From a virus (lineage: Duplodnaviria > Caudoviricetes): 24,684 nucleotides of DNA. Below are positions 1-7,856 of the stretch, one piece after another; within the stretch, counting starts at the first letter, position 1; each line of letters opens with the position of its first letter. Below the pieces are notes generated by a model. That model worked only from the letters and a program-made list of their open reading frames with translations, ran no database searches and was not told the origin of the DNA. The position numbers and the translations under genes were made by a program. Location: the IMG/VR virus record IMGVR_UViG_3300033067_000423, positions 1 through 24,684 of that record; one strand, 5' to 3'.

Positions 1-95
1 TCGAGTGCCTTGGCGAACCAAGCCTATGCGCGAACCCGCGCGGGTGCGCTTGCGTGCCCGACAGCAAGACGCCCAACTTGCGTTAAACGACTCGC

Positions 96-407
96 ATGCG
101 ATCTGCATACATAAACCGCCGAAGCCTCGCCCAACGCGCCCGCCGCGACGCAGAGGCTGAAGCCCGGCCGATCCGCCAGGGCCCGCCCCAGATCCCTCAC
201 GGCACCGTCGTGGGCCGCATCGTGATCGAGTACCACGGCCAGCGCGTCGAGGTGGAACTGCTCCAGGCCGGCGAGCGCTGCCGCAGCCACGGCATCAGGA
301 TCGACGGCGCGATGCAGCCCAAGATGATGGGCCTGTACGCCGCGGCGGCCAAGGCCACGGCCAGGATCGCCCGGGTTCCGAGCCGGCGCTCCGACTTCTG
401 GGACTGA
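96..407 (+). CDS. Hypothetical phage protein (103 aa)
   Basis: ORF with GC3-rich codon usage in the same direction as the operon; no recognisable motif; start uncertain. Confidence 0.6.
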   Translation: MRSAYINRRSLAQRARRDAEAEARPIRQGPPQIPHGTVVGRIVIEYHGQRVEVELLQAGERCRSHGIRIDGAMQPKMMGLYAAAAKATARIARVPSRRSDFWD

Positions 408-409
408 GC

Positions 410-431
410 CAGCCCAGGCCCAGCCCAGGCC
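410..431 (+). repeat. 11-bp tandem repeat CAGCCCAGGCC x2
   Basis: Read directly at 410-420 and 421-431, just upstream of the promoter-like motif. Confidence 0.8.
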
Positions 432-440
432 CAAGACCAC

Positions 441-471
441 CGGTTGACTTTCAGAAAACGCAGGCAAGGAT
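441..471 (+). promoter_or_regulatory. Promoter-like motif 1: CGG-TTGACT-N16-AAGGAT
   Basis: Matches the motif recurring at five other module boundaries; intergenic, upstream of terS. Confidence 0.6.
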
Positions 472-476
472 GAACA

Positions 477-548
477 GGCCGGCATTGCCGGGAACTGTCT
501 CCTCCTAAGTTTCAGCCCCGCGGCCCTCACCGGCCCGGGGCGCGTTTT
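477..548 (+). ncRNA. Putative small RNA / attenuated leader with three hairpins and an anti-SD loop
   Basis: CCGGC-ATT-GCCGG (479-491); GGAACT...AGTTTC stem enclosing GTCTCCTCCTA (491-513); GC-rich hairpin 515-541 followed by TTTT. Confidence 0.45.
515..548 (+). terminator. Intrinsic terminator-like hairpin before terS
   Basis: GCCCCG-C-GGCC-CTCACC-GGCC-CGGGGC then GCGTTTT; the U tract is short and offset by 3 nt. Confidence 0.5.
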
Positions 549-562
549 CAGAGAGTCACACC

Positions 563-1243
563 ATGGCGACAAGGAAGGTCGCCCCGGCCAAGAAGGCGCC
601 GCGGGCGCCAGCATCTCGGCCGAAAGCTGCCCAGCGCACCAAGCCCGCAGCCGCAACCAATCCGGCCCAAGTGGAGTCCGACTCCACCCTACCGGTCGGC
701 CTGAACCCCCGACAGCGCGCTTTCGTCGTCGAGTACCTGAAGGACAAGAACGCCACCCAGGCCTACGTCCGCGCCTATGGTGTGAGCGCCAAAGTCGCCG
801 AGTCAGCCGGGCCCCGTTTGTACGGGCATGTTCGGGTCACTGCAGAAATTGCTCGGCTTGAGAAGCAGCAGCTGGCCCAGATCCAGCGCGAGACCGGCAT
901 CACGCTGGAGCGCACCCTGCGCGAGATCGCCCGCGTGGCCTTCTTCGACCCCCGCAAACTGTTCGACAAGGCCGGCAACCCGCTGAGCCTGCCGGACCTG
1001 GACGACGACACGGTGGCCGCGATCGCCGGCCTGGACGTGCTCGAGGAATGGCAGGGCACCGGAGAGAACCGCACCTTCGTCGGGCTGATCAAGAAGTACA
1101 AGATCGCCACCAAGCTCGACGGCCTCGAGAAGCTGATGAAGCACCTCGGCGGCTACAAGGAAGACCACGACCAGGCGGGTGATGCGGCAGCGAAAGCGCT
1201 GGCAGGGCTTGCAGTTCGATTCGTGGAGCCAGGCGCAGCGTGA
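563..1243 (+). CDS. terS: Terminase small subunit
   Basis: LNPRQRAFVVEYLKDKNATQAYVRAYG...RL HTH signature; overlaps terL start (GTGA). Confidence 0.93.
   Translation: MATRKVAPAKKAPRAPASRPKAAQRTKPAAATNPAQVESDSTLPVGLNPRQRAFVVEYLKDKNATQAYVRAYGVSAKVAESAGPRLYGHVRVTAEIARLEKQQLAQIQRETGITLERTLREIARVAFFDPRKLFDKAGNPLSLPDLDDDTVAAIAGLDVLEEWQGTGENRTFVGLIKKYKIATKLDGLEKLMKHLGGYKEDHDQAGDAAAKALAGLAVRFVEPGAA
671..687. repeat. 17-bp palindrome GTGGAGTCCGACTCCAC, copy 1 (within terS, encodes VESDST)
   Basis: Perfect 8-bp arms with a 1-nt centre, read directly. Confidence 0.95.
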
Positions 1244-2526
1244 GCGCAACTGCAGCACCCGAACGCATCGCCGACTTTCCGGCCAAGCTGCGCCCGCTGT
1301 TCCAGCCGCGCCGCTACAAGGTTCTGCACGGCGGCCGAGGCGGCGCCAAGAGTTGGGGCGTGGCGCGAGCGCTGCTGATCCAGGCCGCGAACAAGCCGCT
1401 GCGCATCCTCTGCGCACGAGAGGTGCAGCGCTCCATGCGTGACTCTGTGCACCGGCTGCTGAAAGACCAGATCCTGGCGCTAGGACTGGAGTCCTTCTAC
1501 GAGGTGCTGGACAACGAGATCCGTGGCCGCAACGGCTCCCTGTTCATATTCACGGGCCTGGCAAGCCACACCGTGGACTCCATCAAGTCCTTCGAGGGTG
1601 TCGACCGCGTGTGGTGCGAAGAGGCCCACGGCATCAGCAAGAAGTCCTGGGACACGCTGATCCCGACCATCCGCAAGGACGGCTCGGAGATCTGGCTGAC
1701 GCTCAACCCCGACATGGACACCGACGAGACGTGGCTGCGCTTCATTGCAGCGCCGGACCCGGATTCCGTCGTCATCGAGGTGAACTGGCGCGACAACCCG
1801 TGGTTCCCGGAGGTGCTAGACCAGGAGCGGCGCAAGGCCGAGGCGCGCGACCCCGACGACTACCAGCACATCTGGGAAGGCAAGCCCAGGCGCGTGGCTG
1901 CAGGCGCGATCTACCGCCACGAGATCGAGTACGCCTTCAGCGCCGGCCGCGTGCGACCTGTGCCCTACGACCCCAAGTTGCAGGTTCACACCGTGTGGGA
2001 TCTGGGCTGGAACGACTCCATGTCCATCGGCTTCGTGCAGCGCGGGCCGAGCGACGTGCGGATCATCGACTACATCGAGGACAGCAATCGCACGCTGGAC
2101 TGGTACGTCGGCCAGATCGAGCGCCGGCCCTGGCGCTGGGGCACCGACTACATCCCGCACGACGGGCGCACGCGCAACTTCCAGACCGGCAAGAGCACCG
2201 AGGAACTGCTGACCGAGATGGATCGGCGCGTCGAGGTGCTGCCGATGACCAGCGTGGAAGAGGGCATCAAGGCAGCCCGCGTCATGTGGCCAGCCTGCTA
2301 CTTCGACTCCGACAAGACCGCGCGCCTGCTGGAGTGCCTGAAGCGCTACCGCCGCCAGGTCAACCAGACCACCAACGAGCCGATGGGCCCGCTGCACGAC
2401 GAGTACAGCCACGGCGCCGATATGTTCCGCTACATCGGGCAGGCCGTCGACCTGATGCGCAACACGCCCTTGCGAGACCCTGACCTGCCAAGGCCCAGGC
2501 GCGAGCGGAATTGGAAGACTTCTTGA
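1240..2526 (+). CDS. terL: Terminase large subunit, PBSX-like family
   Basis: Walker A GGRGGAKS, ILCARE, Walker B VWCEEA, coupling motif TLNP, nuclease WDLG and HGADMFRY. Confidence 0.96.
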   Translation: MSATAAPERIADFPAKLRPLFQPRRYKVLHGGRGGAKSWGVARALLIQAANKPLRILCAREVQRSMRDSVHRLLKDQILALGLESFYEVLDNEIRGRNGSLFIFTGLASHTVDSIKSFEGVDRVWCEEAHGISKKSWDTLIPTIRKDGSEIWLTLNPDMDTDETWLRFIAAPDPDSVVIEVNWRDNPWFPEVLDQERRKAEARDPDDYQHIWEGKPRRVAAGAIYRHEIEYAFSAGRVRPVPYDPKLQVHTVWDLGWNDSMSIGFVQRGPSDVRIIDYIEDSNRTLDWYVGQIERRPWRWGTDYIPHDGRTRNFQTGKSTEELLTEMDRRVEVLPMTSVEEGIKAARVMWPACYFDSDKTARLLECLKRYRRQVNQTTNEPMGPLHDEYSHGADMFRYIGQAVDLMRNTPLRDPDLPRPRRERNWKTS

Positions 2527-2536
2527 GGACAACACC

Positions 2537-2860
2537 ATGCAACGACCCACCCGCACCACCCTCCTGAAAGCCGTGACCGCCACCGGCCAGGGAACAGGCG
2601 TCATCGGATCCGGCGCAGCCGGCATCCCGCCGAGTTTCGACGCCAGCCTGACCGGCACCGGCGCGCTGTCCGGCACGCTGCTGATCCAGGGCCGCAACAC
2701 GCCCGGCGGGACGTGGTGCACGCTGGCCAGCCTGTCCCTGTCGGGCACGGGCAGCGACGGCAAGAGCTACCAGGCCACGGCGCGCTTCATGGAGTACGCC
2801 GCCAACCTGACCGCGCTGTCGGGCACGAGCGCGACCGTGACCTGCACGATGGCCGACTGA
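2537..2860 (+). CDS. Hypothetical protein, Thr/Gly/Ser-rich, predicted beta-rich
   Basis: GAGGA RBS, clean ORF after terL. Confidence 0.75.
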   Translation: MQRPTRTTLLKAVTATGQGTGVIGSGAAGIPPSFDASLTGTGALSGTLLIQGRNTPGGTWCTLASLSLSGTGSDGKSYQATARFMEYAANLTALSGTSATVTCTMAD

Positions 2861-2884
2861 CCGGCCACATCACTGGAGACCAAC

Positions 2885-3292
2885 ATGCACCGCATCGAAT
2901 CCCCGCGCGCTGACGACAGCGCCATCGAGACCGAGATCCAGGCCAAGGGTCTGACCGCGCCGCGCGTAACGCCGGCTGACCTGGAGGCGACCATCGCCAG
3001 CGAGCACTACTTCACCGCGGCTCAAGGTGACCAGCAGGCCAAGATGGACGCGGCGTTCGCCAACGGCGCCCTCAACGGCGAAGGCACCGCATCGCCAGCC
3101 CCGCTCAATGTGCTGACGTTCTGCGTCTTGGTCCTCAAGAGCGGCTTCACCGTCACCGGTGAGAGCGCCTGCGCCAGCCCCGAGAACTTCGACGCTGAGA
3201 TCGGCCGCAAGATCGCCCGCGAGAACGCCAAGCAGAAGCTGTGGCCGCTGCTGGGCTATGCGCTCAAGCAGAAGTTGCACGAAGCGGGCTGA
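2885..3292 (+). CDS. N4 gp49 / Sf6 gene 66 family protein
   Basis: GLTAPRVTP and LTFCVLVLKSGFTVTGESACASPENFDAEIGRKIARENAKQKLWPLLGYALK are characteristic of the family; GGAG RBS. Confidence 0.85.
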   Translation: MHRIESPRADDSAIETEIQAKGLTAPRVTPADLEATIASEHYFTAAQGDQQAKMDAAFANGALNGEGTASPAPLNVLTFCVLVLKSGFTVTGESACASPENFDAEIGRKIARENAKQKLWPLLGYALKQKLHEAG

Positions 3293-3294
3293 CC

Positions 3295-3780
3295 ATGGAC
3301 ATCAACCCATCCTTGGTTGACGCCACCGGCCGCGAGGTCTACCTCGTGGGCGGCAACCAGTCCTGGAAGCAGGCCACCTTCCGCGGCTACAACGTCAGCC
3401 TCGAGTGGTTCATCGGCAAGCGGTCCTTCGAGCCGATGATGGTCATATGGCCCGTGCGCGGCGAGCGCAACAGCGGCTGCTGGGGCATCTGCCTCAGTTC
3501 GATCTCGGCCTACTGCGAGTTCAACGCCAACGACCAGGCCACCGGCACGCCGACGCCCTACGCGCGCCTGGAGGCCGCCACGGTGGTGCACGAGATGTTC
3601 GACCGCGCGCCGATCGACGCCGAGGTGAACAACCTGCTCGACGTGGTGATGCGCTTCGCACCGGACCTCATCACGCAGGTGCCACCGCCGCCGGCTGAAC
3701 TGCTGGTGTCGGGCCGCAAGCCCATCCTCGAGGTGGTGCGCAAGGAAAACGGCCGCGCCGTGGCCGAAGTCAGTCTCTGA
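3295..3780 (+). CDS. Hypothetical phage protein (161 aa)
   Basis: ATG at 3295 directly after the preceding stop; ordinary codon usage; ends just before the portal RBS. Confidence 0.75.
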   Translation: MDINPSLVDATGREVYLVGGNQSWKQATFRGYNVSLEWFIGKRSFEPMMVIWPVRGERNSGCWGICLSSISAYCEFNANDQATGTPTPYARLEAATVVHEMFDRAPIDAEVNNLLDVVMRFAPDLITQVPPPPAELLVSGRKPILEVVRKENGRAVAEVSL

Positions 3781-3788
3781 GGATCACC

Positions 3789-5996
3789 ATGTCAAGCATC
3801 CAGCGCAAGAACACCCGTCGAGGTCAGGCCGAGAAAGAGTCGACCGACCTGAAGGCGCTGGAGCGCTTCAGCCGCCGCCGTTCGTGGTTCATCATGGAAC
3901 TGCAGCGCCAGGCGGCCAACCGCTACCAGATGGCGCTCGACGAGGACTACTACGACGGCGACCAGTGGACGCAGACCGAGGCCGCGATCGTGCGCGGCCG
4001 CGGGCAGAACCCGGTGGTGTTCAACGAGTGCAAGCCGATGGTCGACTTCCTGCTGGGCACCGAGCGCCAGATGCGGGTCGACGGGCAGGTGCTCAACCGC
4101 ACGGACTCCAGCCAGCAGGCCGAAGAGGACGCGCAGAACAAAACCGCGCTGCTGAAGTACATCGACGACGTGAACCGGGTGCAGTTCATCCGCAGCGAGT
4201 GCGCCGACGACCAGTTCAAGGGCGGCCTGGGCTGGCTGGAGATCGGCATCCGGCGCGACCCGCAGGAGTTCGCCATCTACAAGCGCCGGGAGTCGTGGCG
4301 CAACATGCTGCACGACAGCCTGGGCCAGTCGAAGATGCCGCGCGACTGGCGCTACCTGTTCCGCTTCCGGGAGGTGGACTTCGACATCGCCGAGGCCATG
4401 TTCAGCGGCAAGGCCGACCAGCTGCGCCGCGCCGTGACGACGCCGGACAGCAGCAAGTACATGAAGTGGTTCAACGGCGAGCCGACCGGTGCGAGCTTCA
4501 CCGCCACCGACATGGCGCTGACCAGCCGCTGGACGACCTACGACGCCGAGGCCTGGCTGCAGAACCCGCGCGAGCGCGTGATGCTGATCGAGGCGTGGAT
4601 GGCCGAGCCCTACAAGGACATGGGCGACGCGCAGGGTATGACCGACCGGCCGATGGTGCTGCGCAAGCGCGTGTCGATCATGACCGAGTACGACACGCTG
4701 GTGGAGTCCTGGTCACCCTACGACCACGACGAGTTCCCGTTCGTGCCGCAGTGGTGCTACCGCCGCAAGAAGGACGGTGCGCCCTACGGCGTGATCCGCC
4801 AGCACCGCGGGCCGCAGGACAGCGTGAACAAGCACATGAGCAAGGCGCAGTTCCGCCTGGGCGTGCGGCAGATCTGGCTGGAGCAGGGCGCGCTGGACAA
4901 CAGCGTGATGGACAAGGACGAGCTCGAAGAGAACGCAGGCGACCCGTCGGCCGTGCTGCAGTTCGCCAAGGGCGCACTGAGCGGCCAGAAGGTGCAGCTG
5001 CAGGACGGCACCGCGCTGGCCCAGGCCGACATCCAGATGGCCAATCAGTTCGCGCAGGGCATCCGGCAACTCGGCCCCGTGAGCACCGAGGACCGCGGCC
5101 AGGATCCGAGCCAGGTCAGCGGCAAGGCCCGCGCGATCCGCCAGGAGCAGGGCAGCCGGCTGACGGCCGAGCCCTTCGACAACATGATGCTGGCCCGGCA
5201 GATGGAGCAGGAGATCACCCTGAGCCTTGCCGAGCAGTACATCAAGCAGCCCATGGAGTTCCTGGTGCCGGGCGACGGATCGGGCAAGAAGAACTTCGTC
5301 AAGATCAACCAGCAGGATCCCGCCACCGGCGAGATGGTGAACGACATCACCAAGCGCAAGGCGCACTACGTCATCGGCGAGACGCCGTGGCAGCAGAGCC
5401 TGGCAGAAGGCATGTTCGAGAGCCTGATGGAGATGCTGACCCAGCTGGCCAGCGTGACGCCGCAGGTGGTGGTGAGCCTGCTGGACGTGGTGTTCGAGAT
5501 GCACCCGTCCCTGCCGCGCAAGGCGCTGATCCTCGAGCGCATCCGCAAGGTCACCGGCATGCCCGACCCGGCCAAGGGCGACACGCCCGAGATGCAGGCC
5601 CAGCAGGCGCAGCAGGCGGCGGTGGCCAAGGCGCAGTTCGAGGCGCAGATGGCGCAGTTGAAGGCCGACATAGTCGAAGCCCAGAACCGCGGTCTGAAGC
5701 TCTCTGCCGAGGCCATGGCCAAGCGCCTGGAGACGCTGTACATGAGTGCGCAAGCCGCCCAGGTGCTCACGATGGCGCCACAGATCGCGCCGGTGGCCGA
5801 CGAGCTCGCGCGCAGCGTGGGATTCAAGGACGAGGCCGGCGACGCAGCGCTGGGCGGCCCGGTGCCGCAGCAGCAGCCGCAAGAGCAGTTCCCCCAGATC
5901 GTGCCGCCGCCCCAACAGGCTGACGGTGCACTCGCTGGCGCACAGGCCGGCATTCAATCGCCCGCGGTGTCGGGCATCCAAGGAGCCTCGCAGTGA
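3789..5996 (+). CDS. Portal protein, P22-like
   Basis: DEDYYDGDQW...RGQNPVVFNECKPMVD, FPFVP..YRRKKDGAPYGVIR...PQDSVNKHMSK, long Gln/Ala-rich helical C-terminus; position after terL. Confidence 0.9.
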   Translation: MSSIQRKNTRRGQAEKESTDLKALERFSRRRSWFIMELQRQAANRYQMALDEDYYDGDQWTQTEAAIVRGRGQNPVVFNECKPMVDFLLGTERQMRVDGQVLNRTDSSQQAEEDAQNKTALLKYIDDVNRVQFIRSECADDQFKGGLGWLEIGIRRDPQEFAIYKRRESWRNMLHDSLGQSKMPRDWRYLFRFREVDFDIAEAMFSGKADQLRRAVTTPDSSKYMKWFNGEPTGASFTATDMALTSRWTTYDAEAWLQNPRERVMLIEAWMAEPYKDMGDAQGMTDRPMVLRKRVSIMTEYDTLVESWSPYDHDEFPFVPQWCYRRKKDGAPYGVIRQHRGPQDSVNKHMSKAQFRLGVRQIWLEQGALDNSVMDKDELEENAGDPSAVLQFAKGALSGQKVQLQDGTALAQADIQMANQFAQGIRQLGPVSTEDRGQDPSQVSGKARAIRQEQGSRLTAEPFDNMMLARQMEQEITLSLAEQYIKQPMEFLVPGDGSGKKNFVKINQQDPATGEMVNDITKRKAHYVIGETPWQQSLAEGMFESLMEMLTQLASVTPQVVVSLLDVVFEMHPSLPRKALILERIRKVTGMPDPAKGDTPEMQAQQAQQAAVAKAQFEAQMAQLKADIVEAQNRGLKLSAEAMAKRLETLYMSAQAAQVLTMAPQIAPVADELARSVGFKDEAGDAALGGPVPQQQPQEQFPQIVPPPQQADGALAGAQAGIQSPAVSGIQGASQ

Positions 5997-6946
5997 AACT
6001 CACCCCCGAAGAACGCGACATGCTGTCGCCCGAAGAGATCGCGGTGCTGGAAGGCTCCGACGCCGACACGCACCTGGCCACGATGGGCGACACGGTGCTG
6101 CCGGGCGAGACCACGCCGGTAGCAGCCGCTGAAGTGGAGTCGGACTCCACTCAGGACACCGACGCGACCGACGACAAGCCGGCCGACGGCGAGGCAGCGC
6201 CGGCTGAAGCAGTGCCCGCGAAGACCGAAGCAGCCGCCGAGCCCGAGCCGGCACCTGCAGCGCAGACAAAGCCGCAGGCCTTCGACGTGCCCGACGTGAC
6301 CGCGATGGACACCCAGCGCAAGGCCCTGCGCGACGAGAAGCGCGAACTGACCAAGAAGTGGTCGGCCGGCGAGGTCACCGACGAGGAATACGCCGATCAG
6401 GTCGACGCCCTGGACGACAAGTTGTCGACGCTGGTGGCTGCGCAGACCGAGGCCGCCACGCTGCACCGGATCAACGCGCAGAACGAGGCGCGCGCCAAGG
6501 CCGAGGCCGAAGCCGCCGAGAACCAGGCCATGTTCGCCACGGCCCAGGCGTCCAAGTCCGCAGGCCTGATCGACTACGGCACCAACAAGGTGGCGGCGGC
6601 GCAGTTCGACTCGCTGTTCGCAGCGGCCAAGATCGACCCGGCCAACGCCAAGTTGTCGGCGCAGCAGGTGGTGGAGAAGGCGCACAAGGCCGTGCTGGCG
6701 CTCAACGGCCTGGCCGAAGCGCCGAAGCCCAAGGCCGAAGCCGCAGCACCTGCAGCGCCCGCGCCGCGCAACGTGCCGCCCAGCATCGGTGGCCTGCCGA
6801 ACGCATCGCAGACCGTGGTGCAGGACGAACTGCTGGCGCAGTTCAACCAGCTCGAGGGCGACGATGCCGAGCGCTTCATGGCCAGCCTGAACGACAAGCA
6901 GGTCGAGCGGCTGATGCGCATGTCCGACGGCCGAGGCGTGCACTGA
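5993..6946 (+). CDS. Putative scaffolding protein
   Basis: Acidic disordered N-terminus, helical middle, position between portal and capsid gene. Confidence 0.65.
   Translation: MKLTPEERDMLSPEEIAVLEGSDADTHLATMGDTVLPGETTPVAAAEVESDSTQDTDATDDKPADGEAAPAEAVPAKTEAAAEPEPAPAAQTKPQAFDVPDVTAMDTQRKALRDEKRELTKKWSAGEVTDEEYADQVDALDDKLSTLVAAQTEAATLHRINAQNEARAKAEAEAAENQAMFATAQASKSAGLIDYGTNKVAAAQFDSLFAAAKIDPANAKLSAQQVVEKAHKAVLALNGLAEAPKPKAEAAAPAAPAPRNVPPSIGGLPNASQTVVQDELLAQFNQLEGDDAERFMASLNDKQVERLMRMSDGRGVH
6134..6150. repeat. 17-bp palindrome, copy 2, GTGGAGTCGGACTCCAC (within scaffold gene, encodes VESDST)
   Basis: Same arms with centre G (reverse complement of the other copies); arms extend to 9 bp (6133-6151). 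Confidence 0.95.
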
Positions 6947-6948
6947 CC

Positions 6949-7152
6949 ATGAGCGGACTGCGAACGGACATGGCCGTGGGTGACAGGCTCGACCTGGACG
7001 TTCGCACGTCGGACGGTGGTGTGCAGCGCGTGGAGATCACGGTCGACCAGACCGCCAGGACTCACACCAAGTTGCGCATCGTGGCCGGCGATGCGGTCGT
7101 GATCCGCAAGCAGCGCAAGGGTGCGCCGCAAGAGATCCCGGCATCCGGTTGA
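6949..7152 (+). CDS. Small protein (67 aa) with CsrA/RsmA-like beta-strand pattern
   Basis: MSGLRTDMAVGDRLDL...VEITVDQTARTHTKLRIVAGDAVVIRK aligns by eye with CsrA MLILTRRVGETLMI...[27 protein letters not shown]; it is the 3' part of track ORF 6358..7152. Confidence 0.55.
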   Translation: MSGLRTDMAVGDRLDLDVRTSDGGVQRVEITVDQTARTHTKLRIVAGDAVVIRKQRKGAPQEIPASG

Positions 7153-7176
7153 CAACCCGGAATTGCGGTTTACGTT
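7146..7176 (+). promoter_or_regulatory. Promoter-like motif 2: CGG-TTGACA-N16-TACGTT
   Basis: Consensus -35 and near-consensus -10; the ATG at 7183 lies 7 nt after the -10. Confidence 0.75.
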
Positions 7177-7182
7177 GGTGGC

Positions 7183-7755
7183 ATGAGCCAACCAGACGAA
7201 GCAACTTATGAGATGGCCCGCCTGTTCAAAGAGGGTCGCACGCTGCAAGAAGTTGCCGATCTTTTCGGCATAACGAGACAAGCAGTTCACAAGCGCATCA
7301 AGCCTCTCGGCATCAGTCGAGAAGACGGCGGCGCACGGGCCAAGCACATAAGGCGCATTTCGTCGATAGAGGCCGGGCTGCAGACACGCCGAGAGGCCAG
7401 AGCAAAGAAGCTATACAACTGTTCTCATGACGAGATAAAAGAGTTCATCGAGAACGGTCTCACGCTGGCATACAGCCGACATCGGTCCACAGCAAAACGG
7501 CGAGGGATTGAGTTCCTGCTGACATTCCATGAGTGGTTTCAGGTGTGGAATGAGTCAGGGCACCTAGCGGACAGAGGACGCACGACTGGTTGCTACGTGA
7601 TGTCGCGTTATGGCGATCGTGGTCCATACGCTGTTGGAAACGTGTTCATCCAATTGACATCGGAGAACATCCGCGAAGGATTTGTGATTCGACGCCAAGC
7701 CGAGAATTCTCGGCATGCCGACAGACCACGGTTGCAAATGGCCGCTTGTATGTGA
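7183..7755 (+). CDS. HTH plus degenerate HNH-like (His-Me finger) domain protein; moron or homing-endonuclease-like insert
   Basis: N-terminal GRTLQEVADLFGITRQAVHKRI HTH; C-terminal AKRRGIEFLLTFHEW...YVMSRYGDRGPYAVGNVFIQLTSEN; visibly lower GC and atypical codons. Confidence 0.65.
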   Translation: MSQPDEATYEMARLFKEGRTLQEVADLFGITRQAVHKRIKPLGISREDGGARAKHIRRISSIEAGLQTRREARAKKLYNCSHDEIKEFIENGLTLAYSRHRSTAKRRGIEFLLTFHEWFQVWNESGHLADRGRTTGCYVMSRYGDRGPYAVGNVFIQLTSENIREGFVIRRQAENSRHADRPRLQMAACM

Positions 7756-7759
7756 TATT
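7729..7759 (+). promoter_or_regulatory. Promoter-like motif 3: CGG-TTGCAA-N16-GATATT, upstream of the capsid gene
   Basis: Same geometry as the other copies; embedded in the last codons of the 7183-7755 gene. Confidence 0.55.
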
Positions 7760-7769
7760 GACCGCATAC

Positions 7770-7855
7770 GTGCCCGCATCTGCGAGCACAGCCTGATCGG
7801 GGCGAACGATCACCGGCGCTGGAGTGCCACCACTTGTCCAACAAGGAGCACTCCA
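7770..7855 (+). promoter_or_regulatory. Structured 5' leader of the capsid gene; third hairpin includes the RBS
   Basis: GTGC-C-CGCA/TGCG-A-GCAC (7770-7789); TGATCG/CGATCA (7794-7812); TGGAGTGC...CTTGT-CCA-ACAAG-GA-GCACTCCA (7820-7855) covering AAGGAG. Confidence 0.55.
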
Positions 7856-7856
7856 C

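Noticed and set aside
34-45. 12-bp palindrome ACCCGCGCGGGT
   Set aside because: Single copy, almost all GC, at the window edge without context; plausible by chance
477-548. tRNA interpretation of the multi-hairpin region
   Set aside because: No acceptor stem, TTC-loop or CCA end
3884-5923. 679-aa alternative-frame ORF over the portal gene, and similar long shadow ORFs (1611..2483, 9887..10825, 19405..20475)
   Set aside because: Arg/Gly/Ala/Pro-rich translations typical of off-frame reading in high-GC DNA; fully overlap recognisable genes
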